Source: Ignavibacteriota bacterium
Lineage (GTDB): Bacteria; Bacteroidota; Ignavibacteria; UBA10030
Reading direction: 5' to 3'
Length of the DNA: 64,000 nucleotides
NCBI GenBank assembly: GCA_963701295.1
Contig: OY969585.1
Location: 2,560,001 to 2,624,000, forward strand
Part shown: positions 38,086 through 47,653 of the stretch, piece after piece
How the letters are laid out: every line of letters begins with the position of its first letter
Position numbering within the stretch: position 1 is the stretch's first letter
Notes under the pieces: model-generated
Seen by the model: only the letters and a program-made list of their open reading frames with translations
Database searches by the model: none
Told to the model about the DNA's origin: nothing
Position numbers and translations under genes: made by a program

Positions 38086-38181
38086 TTCCTAATCGGAAAA
38101 AGCAAGAATATTCATGGCTTCAGATACCGACCTGAAGAATATCTTTATTTGTCATGAAGAAAAATAACCTTATTCAGCGGC

Positions 38182-38712
38182 TTACTGTTTTCGAGGAAGA
38201 ATCTTCGGGGATTCCGAATAATGTAATTGTTCAACCACAGGAGTCAGAACATGTGCAACGTCGGATAACCGTTGTCTTGTTCTGGCGTATAATGCCGGAA
38301 AAGAGTCGAACTGCCCTTTGTCCAATCCTTCCTTCGCTAGTCTCATGCAGACTCCGGCAATTTCCATACGTTGTGAAATTATTAAATATGTCGGGTTGTT
38401 AATTCTCTTTCTGATATCGCCAAGTGTTATTTTATCACGAGAATATTCTTGAACCAGGGATGCGACTTCGGAACTTAAAATGCCCTTAAGCCGTGTTTTT
38501 TCCGTTTCGGTTTTTGCAATAGCTTCTAATGCAATTTGTTGTGCACTCTCTGCCAGCGTCTTGCTCTTTATCGGCTCGCTCATTGCCAAAGATCGAGCAT
38601 GAAGCAAAAGTGTTTCTGCTCGATGAATTGTTTCCATATCGAATTGGGCAGCGCGGCCGTAAATAGCAGTACGAAATGTTTTTTCAGCTTGCTTAATGGC
38701 TTTGTAGGGCAT
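38182..38712 (-). CDS. Hypothetical helical/coiled-coil protein
   Basis: ORF of about 177 aa rich in A/E/K/R; no recognised motif. Confidence 0.55.
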   Translation of the reverse strand: MPYKAIKQAEKTFRTAIYGRAAQFDMETIHRAETLLLHARSLAMSEPIKSKTLAESAQQIALEAIAKTETEKTRLKGILSSEVASLVQEYSRDKITLGDIRKRINNPTYLIISQRMEIAGVCMRLAKEGLDKGQFDSFPALYARTRQRLSDVAHVLTPVVEQLHYSESPKILPRKQ

Positions 38713-39067
38713 AAACAGCAACTCGATTCATCAAATCTCTTGCCTTCTCTTAGGCATACTTAGTATAGGGAAAGGAGGCCAAAATGATGTGACGAATCGC
38801 ACACCGCTCCTCATTGCTGGGAGCTGTATTTCGCCTGCACTCTTCATAACATAACGTCTATAATGTTAACAGAATAAGCGAATAAACATATCTATAATTT
38901 ATGATAGGAAAAGTTAGTATAGTTAGCAAACAAGCTTGCGAAATAGTATAGAAATACGTTGGGCAATGCGGTGAGTTAAGAGATAATTTCAGTTGACAAA
39001 GTGCGAAAGGATGTTTATGTCGCCTATCTGTCGCTCTCAGCCTCGATTTAATTCTAAAAATACTTTC

Positions 39068-39469
39068 CTATACTTTTCCTCGGACATATGGAATATACTT
39101 CCTATCGACTCGGAGAATATGATTTTGGATCCAATCGCTTAAAAATTTCAGTAATTCAATATGAACAGTTTGCAAGCCGCGTTCATAATCCAGTACGAAC
39201 TTGTTCACTCTTTGGATCGCATCTTCATGTTCCTGTTTATGCGCATTCATATTCGGATAATTGTATATTTTCATCAAAGACTCCTCGGCTTTGAAATGAT
39301 ACACTACATATTGCTGCAGCTCTTTCAAAACAGAACCGACCACTTCTCGATCTTGAGCCCCTTGCATGGCATCAAACAATAAGTTGGTAAGAGATAAAAA
39401 CTTCTTGTGCTGCTCATCGAGCTTTTGTATTCCAACTGAAAAGGCGTCATTCCATTCTATGAGAGGCAA
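39068..39469 (-). CDS. Bacteriohemerythrin
   Basis: W....SVG...D.QH, HF..EE, H..EH and W...HI...D di-iron ligands are all present; TTG start after AGGAA. Confidence 0.93.
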   Translation of the reverse strand: MPLIEWNDAFSVGIQKLDEQHKKFLSLTNLLFDAMQGAQDREVVGSVLKELQQYVVYHFKAEESLMKIYNYPNMNAHKQEHEDAIQRVNKFVLDYERGLQTVHIELLKFLSDWIQNHILRVDRKYIPYVRGKV

Positions 39470-39738
39470 GTATAATTCCTTTTGATAATTACTTTATTTT
39501 AGCTTAATCAAAATTCAGGTCAATTTCTAAAGAAACAAATAGATCATGATTTCTTAATGATTTCACATGTAAATGCGATAACGGGAGTTTCCTCCCGATA
39601 CTCTCTTGAAGTGAAATGCTTGCCTTTGATAGATCTCTGGCGTACTTTGCCAGCAGCTGTTTCACTGGCGAGGCTATTGGTGATACGATGAGGGATGAAA
39701 CGGATTCAATTTGAAGAATAATTTTAAAGAGAGAAAAA

Positions 39739-40080
39739 ATGAAAAGATTATCATTATCTATCGCGGCTGGAATTATTTGTGCGATTCTATGTGCCATTGG
39801 AAGAAAATATTTAATTCCATCCATCACAGTATCTGCTTTAATTGTTTCATCTTTTGGAAATCGAATTCTCATTGGTTTTGTTATCGGTATAAGCAGATTA
39901 AGAATGAACTATCTTTTCCACGGAGCATTCATTGGCTTTTTAGTAACTCTCTCATATTCCATAGGAATGATACTTGATAATAATGTAATGGGCTTTATTA
40001 TGTACACTACAGCAGGAACCATATTTGGATTGTTCATTGAAGTAGTCGTAACAAAAATTTTTAAAGCTGCGAGCATGTAA
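39739..40080 (+). CDS. Small hypothetical membrane protein (about 4 TM)
   Basis: Hydrophobic Gly-rich helices; GAGAG upstream of ATG. Confidence 0.7.
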   Translation: MKRLSLSIAAGIICAILCAIGRKYLIPSITVSALIVSSFGNRILIGFVIGISRLRMNYLFHGAFIGFLVTLSYSIGMILDNNVMGFIMYTTAGTIFGLFIEVVVTKIFKAASM

Positions 40081-40209
40081 TGAACGAATCGGGGGATATT
40101 TTGTCTCTGCAAGTACACTCATCATATATTGGAAATGTTCATCGGATATTATGCCCTCGGGATAGATGTGAGGAAGAAAGAATTAAATAACGAGTGAAAA
40201 GAAGGTACC

Positions 40210-40653
40210 ATGGAATATAGCCATACACAATATGGAAGTGTCATCGTTATAGGACTATCCACTGTCATGATGATTATCATCATAGTTCCTCTCGATCTCG
40301 GGATATTCCCCCCAGTATTGTTCATTGTCCTGGCAATGCTCGCCATTTCATTAGCTCTTTTCTACTCGCTCAATGTAGAGATCAGCGACAATGTTTTGGT
40401 TTGTTGTTTTGGAATAGGTCTCATTCGAAGACAGATTCTTCTCTCGGACATTCAGCAAGTTCGGGCCGTGAAGAATCCTTGGTTCGGTGGATGGGGAATT
40501 CGTTGGATGCCCGGCCAGTATTGGTTGTGGAATGTTTCTGGATTACACGCTGTAGAATTGCTGCTGAAGAATGGATCCCGGTTTCGCATCGGAACAGACG
40601 AGCCCGAAGCGCTTATCCGAGCCATCGAAGCCAATATAGTGTCGGTCATTTAA
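40210..40653 (+). CDS. Hypothetical membrane protein (two TM plus PH-like soluble domain)
   Basis: Two N-terminal TMs; GGWGIR...WNVSG..AVEL...G..F.IGTDEPE motif; GAAGG RBS. Confidence 0.75.
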   Translation: MEYSHTQYGSVIVIGLSTVMMIIIIVPLDLGIFPPVLFIVLAMLAISLALFYSLNVEISDNVLVCCFGIGLIRRQILLSDIQQVRAVKNPWFGGWGIRWMPGQYWLWNVSGLHAVELLLKNGSRFRIGTDEPEALIRAIEANIVSVI

Positions 40654-40904
40654 TCCGCTTACATAGAAACCATTTCTGCTGGCAGGAAAATGTAGGGAAA
40701 AATCAGCAGAAATGAATTCCTGCAGGAAATCGTTCCAAGGACACATGGCAGTGTATCCTTACGAAGACGACACTTGAATTACCCCAATGCTATCAAGATT
40801 TTCATCCAAAAAATTGTTAGAATCCAATAACTTGTATCAAGTTGAGATACACAACAGCAACCATCAACATCAATAAATTATCTCTCATATGAAAGGAACA
40901 CCCT

Positions 40905-41483
40905 ATGTCAAAGATTATTTCTGCTCTTATATGTACAGGACTTGCGGCGCTGCTCATCACATTCGCTTCGGCTCAGGAGAAAAAACCGATCGAACCTCCC
41001 AAGCCTGCTATAAATCCCTCTCTGGAGTTGTTATGGGCGTGGAACGATATCGGAAGGAAGCTGATCGCGATGGCGGAGGATTTTCCCGAAGATAAATATA
41101 ACTTCAAAGCCCAAAAGGATGAGCGGACGTTTGCAGATAATCTTCTGCACGTTGCATCAGATTACTACAGCATGATCAGTGCCATCAAAGGAACAGCGAT
41201 GGGGCCTACCGGGAACGAAGATTCCTTGCGGAAAAAGTATCCGACGAAAACAGATATCGTGAAATTCATGAAGCAAGTGGTCGCTGATGGTGCGCAGTTG
41301 ATCAAAGCGCAAAGAGACAGTGGATTGACACGCGAATTTAAATATCCATGGGCAAATATAATGGTTCACGGCTGGTTCGGCTGGCTCGGCACTATCGAGC
41401 ACGCAGGCGAACATTACGGGCAATTGGTAGTGTATTACCGTATTAATGGATTGATACCACCCGAATCCCGGCCGAGAAAATAA
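40905..41483 (+). CDS. DinB family protein with signal peptide
   Basis: AED.PE.KY.F.....RTF...L.H and EH..EHYGQLVVY.R..G..PP motifs. Confidence 0.88.
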   Translation: MSKIISALICTGLAALLITFASAQEKKPIEPPKPAINPSLELLWAWNDIGRKLIAMAEDFPEDKYNFKAQKDERTFADNLLHVASDYYSMISAIKGTAMGPTGNEDSLRKKYPTKTDIVKFMKQVVADGAQLIKAQRDSGLTREFKYPWANIMVHGWFGWLGTIEHAGEHYGQLVVYYRINGLIPPESRPRK

Positions 41484-41521
41484 CATAAGTGAAAGAAGAG
41501 AGAAAGAGTGCATAGAGAAAA

Positions 41522-41559
41522 TCTCCACAGAGATTTGATTCATCAAATCTCTGTGGAGA
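41522..41559. repeat. Perfect 17-bp inverted repeat (REP-like or bidirectional hairpin)
   Basis: TCTCCACAGAGATTTGA-TTCA-TCAAATCTCTGTGGAGA; its 16-mer GATTCATCAAATCTCT recurs at 38725-38740. Confidence 0.7.
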
Positions 41560-41674
41560 AGGACGTGATAAATCATGTCCCTCCAAAAGTAAAAATCATT
41601 TCATAAGCGGACAAGACGACATCGGCAATAGGGAATCGCGGGGAGAAGATGATATTGCAATAAGGAGAAAGTGT

Positions 41675-43468
41675 ATGAACAAAATCATGATCACATTGCT
41701 TACTTTCTTTTTTTCTATTTCAGGTTATGCGCAAGAGTCTTTCATGACATTGGGTGAACGAAGTTCCCTTAGCCTTGATGGAAGCTGGAATTATATTGTT
41801 GATCCGTACGAAAACGGTTATTACGATTACCGCTGGCAGCAAAATCCGAATGGAATTTTCAAGAACGAAAAGCCCAAAAACAAATGGGACCACATTGAAT
41901 ACAATTTTGACATATCCGATACCTTGATTGTTCCGGGTGATTGGAATTCACAAAGAAAAGAACTTTTCTTCTATGAAGGCACGATCTGGTATAAGAAGTC
42001 ATTCGATTTCAAAAAGAAGAATGACACGCGGGTTTTCTTGCGCTTCGGAGCTGCGAACTACTTTGCCATAGTGTATCTCAACGGAGAAAAACTTGGTGAA
42101 CACGAAGGCGGGTTTACTCCGTTCAGTTTTGAAATAACGGACCTTATTCAGGAAAAGGACAATTTCATCGTTGTGAAGGTTGATAATAAGCGCTGTGCTG
42201 AATGTGTCCCAACACTGAATACGGACTGGTGGAACTATGGTGGCCTGACACGAAGTGTGGGCATCATAGAGACTCCAGCGACGTTCATCAGTGATTACGT
42301 TGTGCAATTGAAAAAAGAATCTACAGGCTATATCTCCGGTTGGATACAATTGAATGGTTCTAAACTTTATCAGGAAGTCAGCATTGTTCTGCGAGATACA
42401 GACATTCGGCGGCGATTTACAACAGATTCAAGCGGATTTGTGAAATTTTCTTTTCCGGCATCAGTGAAATTCTGGTCTCCCGAAAATCCGGTACTACACA
42501 AAGTAACAATTTCTTCAGAAACAGATACTGTTGCCAGTAGCATTGGATTCCGAACGATCGAAACGAAGGGAACACAGATACTTCTCAATGGCAAGCCGGT
42601 TTTTCTGAGAGGTATTTCCATTCATGAAGAAGCTCCTTTCCGGTCAGGACGGGCGAACAGTGTTCAAGATGCGCGTACATTGCTCGGGTGGGCAAAGGAA
42701 TTGGGATGCAACTTTGTTCGGCTGGCGCATTATCCTCATAATGAAAACATGGTGAAAGAGGCAGACCGTCTCGGGTTGATGGTTTGGTCTGAAATTCCGG
42801 TCTATTGGACAATCCGGTGGGAGAACGATCAGACATTTAAAAATGCATCACAGCAGCTCTCCGAAATGATTTCGCGCGACAGAAATCGGGCATCGATTAT
42901 TTGTTGGTCTGTTTCCAACGAAACTCCCTTGAGTGCACCGCGATTAGAATTTCTCAAAGGCTTGGTGCGACAGGCACGAGAAATGGATCCAACAAGGCTT
43001 CTCACTGCTGCAATGGAACGCCACTATATCGATTCAACGACACAAATGATTGATGACCCGCTTGGAGAGTTTGTCGATGTGCTTGGGTGCAATGAATATA
43101 TCGGTTGGTACGACGGGCTGCCGCAAAAAACTGATGCCATCCGATGGAAAACAGTTTTCAATAAGCCGCTCATTATGAGTGAATTCGGTTGCAGCGCGCT
43201 CTTTGGGTATCATGCAGATTCGCTGACAGCATGGAGTGAAGATTTTCAAGAGTCACTATACATACATCAGATTGCCATGCTGCAGAAGATTCCATTCTTG
43301 AGCGGGATGAGTCCATGGATTCTCATGGATTTTCGTTCGCCGCGCAGGCAATTGCCGGGAATTCAGGACTTTCGGAACAGGAAGGGATTACTTTCTGAAA
43401 AGGGAGAAAAAAAGAAAGCATTCTACGTGCTTAAGAGATATTACAAAGAACTCCAGCAGGGACGATAG
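41675..43468 (+). CDS. Glycoside hydrolase family 2 (beta-glucuronidase-like)
   Basis: HEGGFTPF, DWWNYGG, RLAHYPH, WSVSNE (acid/base), SEFG (nucleophile) and NRKG motifs; signal peptide. Confidence 0.9.
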   Translation: MNKIMITLLTFFFSISGYAQESFMTLGERSSLSLDGSWNYIVDPYENGYYDYRWQQNPNGIFKNEKPKNKWDHIEYNFDISDTLIVPGDWNSQRKELFFYEGTIWYKKSFDFKKKNDTRVFLRFGAANYFAIVYLNGEKLGEHEGGFTPFSFEITDLIQEKDNFIVVKVDNKRCAECVPTLNTDWWNYGGLTRSVGIIETPATFISDYVVQLKKESTGYISGWIQLNGSKLYQEVSIVLRDTDIRRRFTTDSSGFVKFSFPASVKFWSPENPVLHKVTISSETDTVASSIGFRTIETKGTQILLNGKPVFLRGISIHEEAPFRSGRANSVQDARTLLGWAKELGCNFVRLAHYPHNENMVKEADRLGLMVWSEIPVYWTIRWENDQTFKNASQQLSEMISRDRNRASIICWSVSNETPLSAPRLEFLKGLVRQAREMDPTRLLTAAMERHYIDSTTQMIDDPLGEFVDVLGCNEYIGWYDGLPQKTDAIRWKTVFNKPLIMSEFGCSALFGYHADSLTAWSEDFQESLYIHQIAMLQKIPFLSGMSPWILMDFRSPRRQLPGIQDFRNRKGLLSEKGEKKKAFYVLKRYYKELQQGR

Positions 43469-43551
43469 CTGTGGAAAATCGATTCAAAGCAAATGATTTT
43501 GTAGCAGCAATCGATGATCGCGGAAATAGAATTGCTTAACGGAGATGTGAG

Positions 43552-44466
43552 ATGGAGACACGAAAAATTAAGAAGGTCTTCAAAAGTCAGTCTGTTCTTG
43601 AAGGAGCGGGAGTTCGTCTCAAACGGGCGATGGGAAATAAAGAAGTGCCTCAATTCGATCCATTCCTTCTATTAGATGATTTTCGTTCCGATCATCCGGA
43701 TGATTATATCAAAGGATTTCCCTGGCATCCTCATCGGGGAATTGAGACGATCACATATATGCTCAAGGGAAGCGTAGAACACAAAGACAGTATGGGCAAC
43801 AGCGGTACCATTTCTTTGGGTGATGTTCAATGGATGACGGCAGGCAGCGGAATTATACATCAGGAAATGCCGAAAGCTGGCACTGGCGGCGCGATGTACG
43901 GGTTTCAACTCTGGGCAAATCTTCCAGCTTCTCACAAAATGATGGATCCGCGGTATCAGGAAGTTAAACAGGTGGATATTCCAGACGTGGTTCTGGAGAA
44001 TGGAACGAAGATAAAACTCATTTGCGGCTCTTACAAGAAAACAAAGGGACCTGTACAGGATATTATTGTCGATCCAGAGTATCTCGATATTACTGTGCCA
44101 TCAAGTTCGGAATTTATACACGCGACGAAGAGGGGATATACGGTCTTCGCTTATGTGATCGAAGGGCGAGGATTTCTGAGCAAAGAGAGGGAGTCCTTTT
44201 CCTATGAAGCAGATGGAGTCAATTATTTTGATATCGTGCGCGAACCGTACGCATCCAATGGCACCCTTACCCTGTTTAATGAGGGCGATCAAATCGAGGT
44301 TCAAACAGAAGATCAGCCTATAAGATTTCTCCTGATCTCCGGAAAACCGATCGGTGAGCCTATTGCATGGTACGGACCGGTGGTGATGAATACACAACAA
44401 GAATTGGAAATTGCTTTTCGGGAATACCAAAACAATACATTTGTGAAGAAAGGGAAGTCCTCGTAG
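43552..44466 (+). CDS. Pirin family protein
   Basis: DPFLLLD, HPHRGIET, H.DS.G, QWMTAGSGI.HQE and QLW.NLP motifs. Confidence 0.95.
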   Translation: METRKIKKVFKSQSVLEGAGVRLKRAMGNKEVPQFDPFLLLDDFRSDHPDDYIKGFPWHPHRGIETITYMLKGSVEHKDSMGNSGTISLGDVQWMTAGSGIIHQEMPKAGTGGAMYGFQLWANLPASHKMMDPRYQEVKQVDIPDVVLENGTKIKLICGSYKKTKGPVQDIIVDPEYLDITVPSSSEFIHATKRGYTVFAYVIEGRGFLSKERESFSYEADGVNYFDIVREPYASNGTLTLFNEGDQIEVQTEDQPIRFLLISGKPIGEPIAWYGPVVMNTQQELEIAFREYQNNTFVKKGKSS

Positions 44467-44580
44467 GATCGTTCGGCTTTATGTCCTTATAACAGCAACA
44501 AGAAATGCAGGTTGCAGGAATAAGAGAATAATATAGCGAGCATGTACACATTACAAGAAGGAGAGAAGGCAATCACAGCT

Positions 44581-45084
44581 ATGGATGAACTAGTATATAG
44601 AGACGCAACTCTTCATGACTTAGAGAGAATTGTCGAGATATATAATTCGACAATCTCTTCAAGAATGGTCACTGGCGACACAGAACCTGTCTCCGTGGAA
44701 AGCAGAATACGATGGTTTCATGAACACACTCCCAATAAACGTCCTTTATGGGTTCTCGAAACCAAAAATAGGGAGATCATTGGATGGGTTAGTTTTCAGT
44801 CGTTCTTTGGCCGACCGGCGTATGATGCGACCATTGAGCTAAATATTTATTTGGACGTTTCGCACAGAAGCAAAGGATTGGGTAAGCAAGTGCTGCACCA
44901 TGCAATAGATGAAGCACCAAAATTCGGTGTGAAGACAATCTTGGTATATATTTTTGGTCATAATGAACCAAGCATAAAACTATTTAGGCGTTTTGGCTTT
45001 GAAGTCTGGGCAACACTTCCCAATATTGCTTTATTAGATGGTGTAGAAAGAAGTTTGAAAATATTTGGCAAACGTATAGCATAG
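44581..45084 (+). CDS. GNAT N-acetyltransferase (phosphinothricin/YncA-like)
   Basis: I.EIYN..I, F.GRPAY..T.E, R.KGLG and HNEPS..LF..FGF..W motifs. Confidence 0.88.
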   Translation: MDELVYRDATLHDLERIVEIYNSTISSRMVTGDTEPVSVESRIRWFHEHTPNKRPLWVLETKNREIIGWVSFQSFFGRPAYDATIELNIYLDVSHRSKGLGKQVLHHAIDEAPKFGVKTILVYIFGHNEPSIKLFRRFGFEVWATLPNIALLDGVERSLKIFGKRIA

Positions 45085-45201
45085 CAAAAAAGCTTTAGAC
45101 ATCTTTTAACTTTGCTTGGGGCTGCACAGGAAAAATAGTGGAAATGACACCATCTCTTTTATCATTTCTCACAGCTATACAATCTCAATTCTTTTCTAAT
45201 C

Positions 45202-45230
45202 TTGACTCTGGCTGTGGAATATGCTATATT
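45202..45230 (+). promoter_or_regulatory. Putative sigma70 promoter upstream of HNH-trpS-scpAB
   Basis: TTGACT-N17-TATATT. Confidence 0.55.
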
Positions 45231-45360
45231 TTCAATGGAAAGAACGAAATACCTCAAGAAAGATATGAGCTAATAGCTCGATTGTTCAAAAGGAGGTGCA
45301 TAGGTCTTCAGTATATTCGCAGAAACCATCGGTACAAGCACAAAATTAAGCCGGAAAGTA

Positions 45361-45849
45361 TTGGTGCTCAATCATAATTATGAGCCATTAAGCATCTGTA
45401 ATGTCAAGAAAGCTATCATCCTCTTGTATTTAGGTAAAGCCGAATTGATCGCGGCGTGCGATGGGAAAAAATTGCATTCAGTTTATATGACGATGCCCTA
45501 TCCAAGCATCATTCGCCTCTGTGTTTTTGTCCGTGTCCCTTATAAAAAGATTGTCCTCTCTCGTAAGAATATTTTGCGCCGCGATGGACATAGTTGTCAA
45601 TATTGTGGGAGAACTGACACCATGCTCACTGTGGATCATATTATCCCAAGAGCAAAGGGCGGCCCAGATTCGTGGGAAAATCTGGTAGCAGCATGTGTCT
45701 CTTGTAACAACAAAAAAGGAGACAGAACTTTGCATGAAGCAGAGATGACTCTCCTCCGTAGACCGATTCGTCCCAACCACGTGATGTTTATCCGCCATTT
45801 CGTCGGCACTGTGGATGACCATTGGAAGCCGTATTTGTTTATGAATTGA
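45361..45849 (+). CDS. HNH endonuclease (McrA-like housekeeping family)
   Basis: VLN..YEPL, SRKNILRRD...CQYCG, TVDH.IP...GG..SWENLV.AC..CN.KK motifs; true start uncertain. Confidence 0.9.
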   Translation: MVLNHNYEPLSICNVKKAIILLYLGKAELIAACDGKKLHSVYMTMPYPSIIRLCVFVRVPYKKIVLSRKNILRRDGHSCQYCGRTDTMLTVDHIIPRAKGGPDSWENLVAACVSCNNKKGDRTLHEAEMTLLRRPIRPNHVMFIRHFVGTVDDHWKPYLFMN

Positions 45850-45950
45850 AATGAGTATTTGGTAATCAGGTTCCAGTTGGCAGTGCAAATATTCTGAAAA
45901 CTATAAACTGATTCCTAGCAACTGTTTTACGAAAGGAGTCTAGTGTTCTT

Positions 45951-46934
45951 TTGAGTCAGAAGAAAAAAATTATCCTTAGTGGAATGCGTCCAACAGGCAA
46001 ACTGCATCTTGGCCATCTTACAGGTGCTCTCGAAAACTGGGTTGCAATGCAGGGTGAATACCAAAATTATCATCTCATCGCCGATTATCATGCACTGACA
46101 ACAAATCCAGATACTTCTGATATTTACAATAATTCCATCGATATGCTCATCGATTGGCTTGCCGCCGGACTTGAACCTGAGCGAAGTCCAATGTTCAGAC
46201 AATCACAGATCAAAGAACATGCCGAATTACATTTGGTTTTCTCAATGCTTATTACAGCGGCACGTCTTGAACGGAACCCGACTCTCAAAGAACAAATTCG
46301 CGATCTTGAGATGGACAGTGTGGTCTATGGACATCTCGGATACCCGGTGCTGCAAGCTGCTGATATTTTGCTCTACAAAGGCGATGTTGTTCCTGTTGGT
46401 GAAGACCAATTACCGCATATCGAGATTACACGCGAAATTGCAAGGCGTTTTAATGCACAATATGCACCAGTATTTCCAGAACCTGAAGGGAAGATTACAA
46501 AGTTTGCACGTTTACCCGGACTCGATGGTAAACGAATGAGCAAATCAATTGGAAATACGATATTGCTATCAGACCTGCCGGAAGCAATCATAAAAAAATT
46601 GAAAACTGCGGTTACGGATCCGCAGAAAATACGAAAAGGTGATCCGGGACATCCGGATGTGTGCTTGGTGTATGCGTATCACAATAAATTTAATCCAAGA
46701 GAAGTACTGGAGATTCGTGCCAATTGTGAGAGTGGAAAACTCGGATGCGTTGATTGCAAAATGAACTGCGCAAAAAGAATTATCGATACGCTGAGACCAA
46801 ACCGTGAAAAGCGCACTTATTATGAATCGCATATGGATGAAGTAAAAAATATTCTTGCAGACGGTGAACGGCGCGCAAAAGCAATCGCGAAACAGACAAT
46901 GGCTGAAGTTCATGAAGCGATGAAGCTCGGGTAA
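45951..46934 (+). CDS. trpS: Tryptophan--tRNA ligase
   Basis: SGMRPTG.LHLGH, YPVLQAADIL, VPVGEDQ and RMSKS motifs. Confidence 0.97.
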   Translation: MSQKKKIILSGMRPTGKLHLGHLTGALENWVAMQGEYQNYHLIADYHALTTNPDTSDIYNNSIDMLIDWLAAGLEPERSPMFRQSQIKEHAELHLVFSMLITAARLERNPTLKEQIRDLEMDSVVYGHLGYPVLQAADILLYKGDVVPVGEDQLPHIEITREIARRFNAQYAPVFPEPEGKITKFARLPGLDGKRMSKSIGNTILLSDLPEAIIKKLKTAVTDPQKIRKGDPGHPDVCLVYAYHNKFNPREVLEIRANCESGKLGCVDCKMNCAKRIIDTLRPNREKRTYYESHMDEVKNILADGERRAKAIAKQTMAEVHEAMKLG

Positions 46935-46936
46935 CT

Positions 46937-47653
46937 ATGTATACAATTAAACTCCTTGACTTTGAAGGTCCTCTGGATCTTTTGCTTTTCTTCATTAAGC
47001 GGGATGAATTGGATATCTACGACATTCCGATTGCTCGAATTACGAAGGAATTTTTAGAATATCTCCATTACATGCATCAGCTCGATTTAGAAATTGCAGG
47101 CGAATTCCTTGTTATGGCGGCAGAACTGATGCAAATTAAGGTCAGATTACTTCTCCCACCGGAACCAGGCGAAGAAGAAGAAGCTGACCCGCGCGCTCAT
47201 TTAGTGCAACGGTTGGTGGAATACAAACGCTTCAAAGAAATGTCGATAGAGATGAAGAGACGTGAAGATGAACAAATAAAAGTATGTTACCGTGGGTATC
47301 ATTCTGCGGATGAACATGTGGTAGAAGAAGAAACAGGCGAAGATATGATCCGCGATGTGACATTCTTCGATCTCATTGCGTCGTTTAAATTTGCGATGGA
47401 CCGAATGCCGAAGAAGTTTGTTCACGAAATTGAGAAAATCAATGTCACTATCGAGGAACAGATTGCCTATATCGAAGATTTCTTCTCACGGCGCTCAGAG
47501 GCAACCTTCTATGAGATGGTGAAAGATTTTGCAGAAAGAATTCGCATTATCGTAACATTCCTCGCTTTGCTTGAAGTTATCCGCTCAAAAAAACTCATCA
47601 TTCGCCAATTGCAGCCGTTTGGCGAACTTTCGATTATGAGAAATGTAGGTTAA
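46937..47653 (+). CDS. scpA: Segregation/condensation protein A
   Basis: FEGPLDLLL, GEFLVMAA.L..IK...LLP, DPR..LV.RL.EY and TFLALLE motifs. Confidence 0.95.
   Translation: MYTIKLLDFEGPLDLLLFFIKRDELDIYDIPIARITKEFLEYLHYMHQLDLEIAGEFLVMAAELMQIKVRLLLPPEPGEEEEADPRAHLVQRLVEYKRFKEMSIEMKRREDEQIKVCYRGYHSADEHVVEEETGEDMIRDVTFFDLIASFKFAMDRMPKKFVHEIEKINVTIEEQIAYIEDFFSRRSEATFYEMVKDFAERIRIIVTFLALLEVIRSKKLIIRQLQPFGELSIMRNVG

Noticed and set aside
39504-39872. Minus-strand 122-aa ORF
   Set aside because: Overlaps a better-supported plus-strand membrane protein gene; no motif.
45138-45377. 79-aa ORF upstream of the HNH gene
   Set aside because: Spans the predicted promoter and has no recognisable features.
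45361-45849. HNH nuclease as a homing, defence or IscB-type element
   Set aside because: Matches the common short McrA-like housekeeping family; no RuvC motifs, intron or methylase neighbour.
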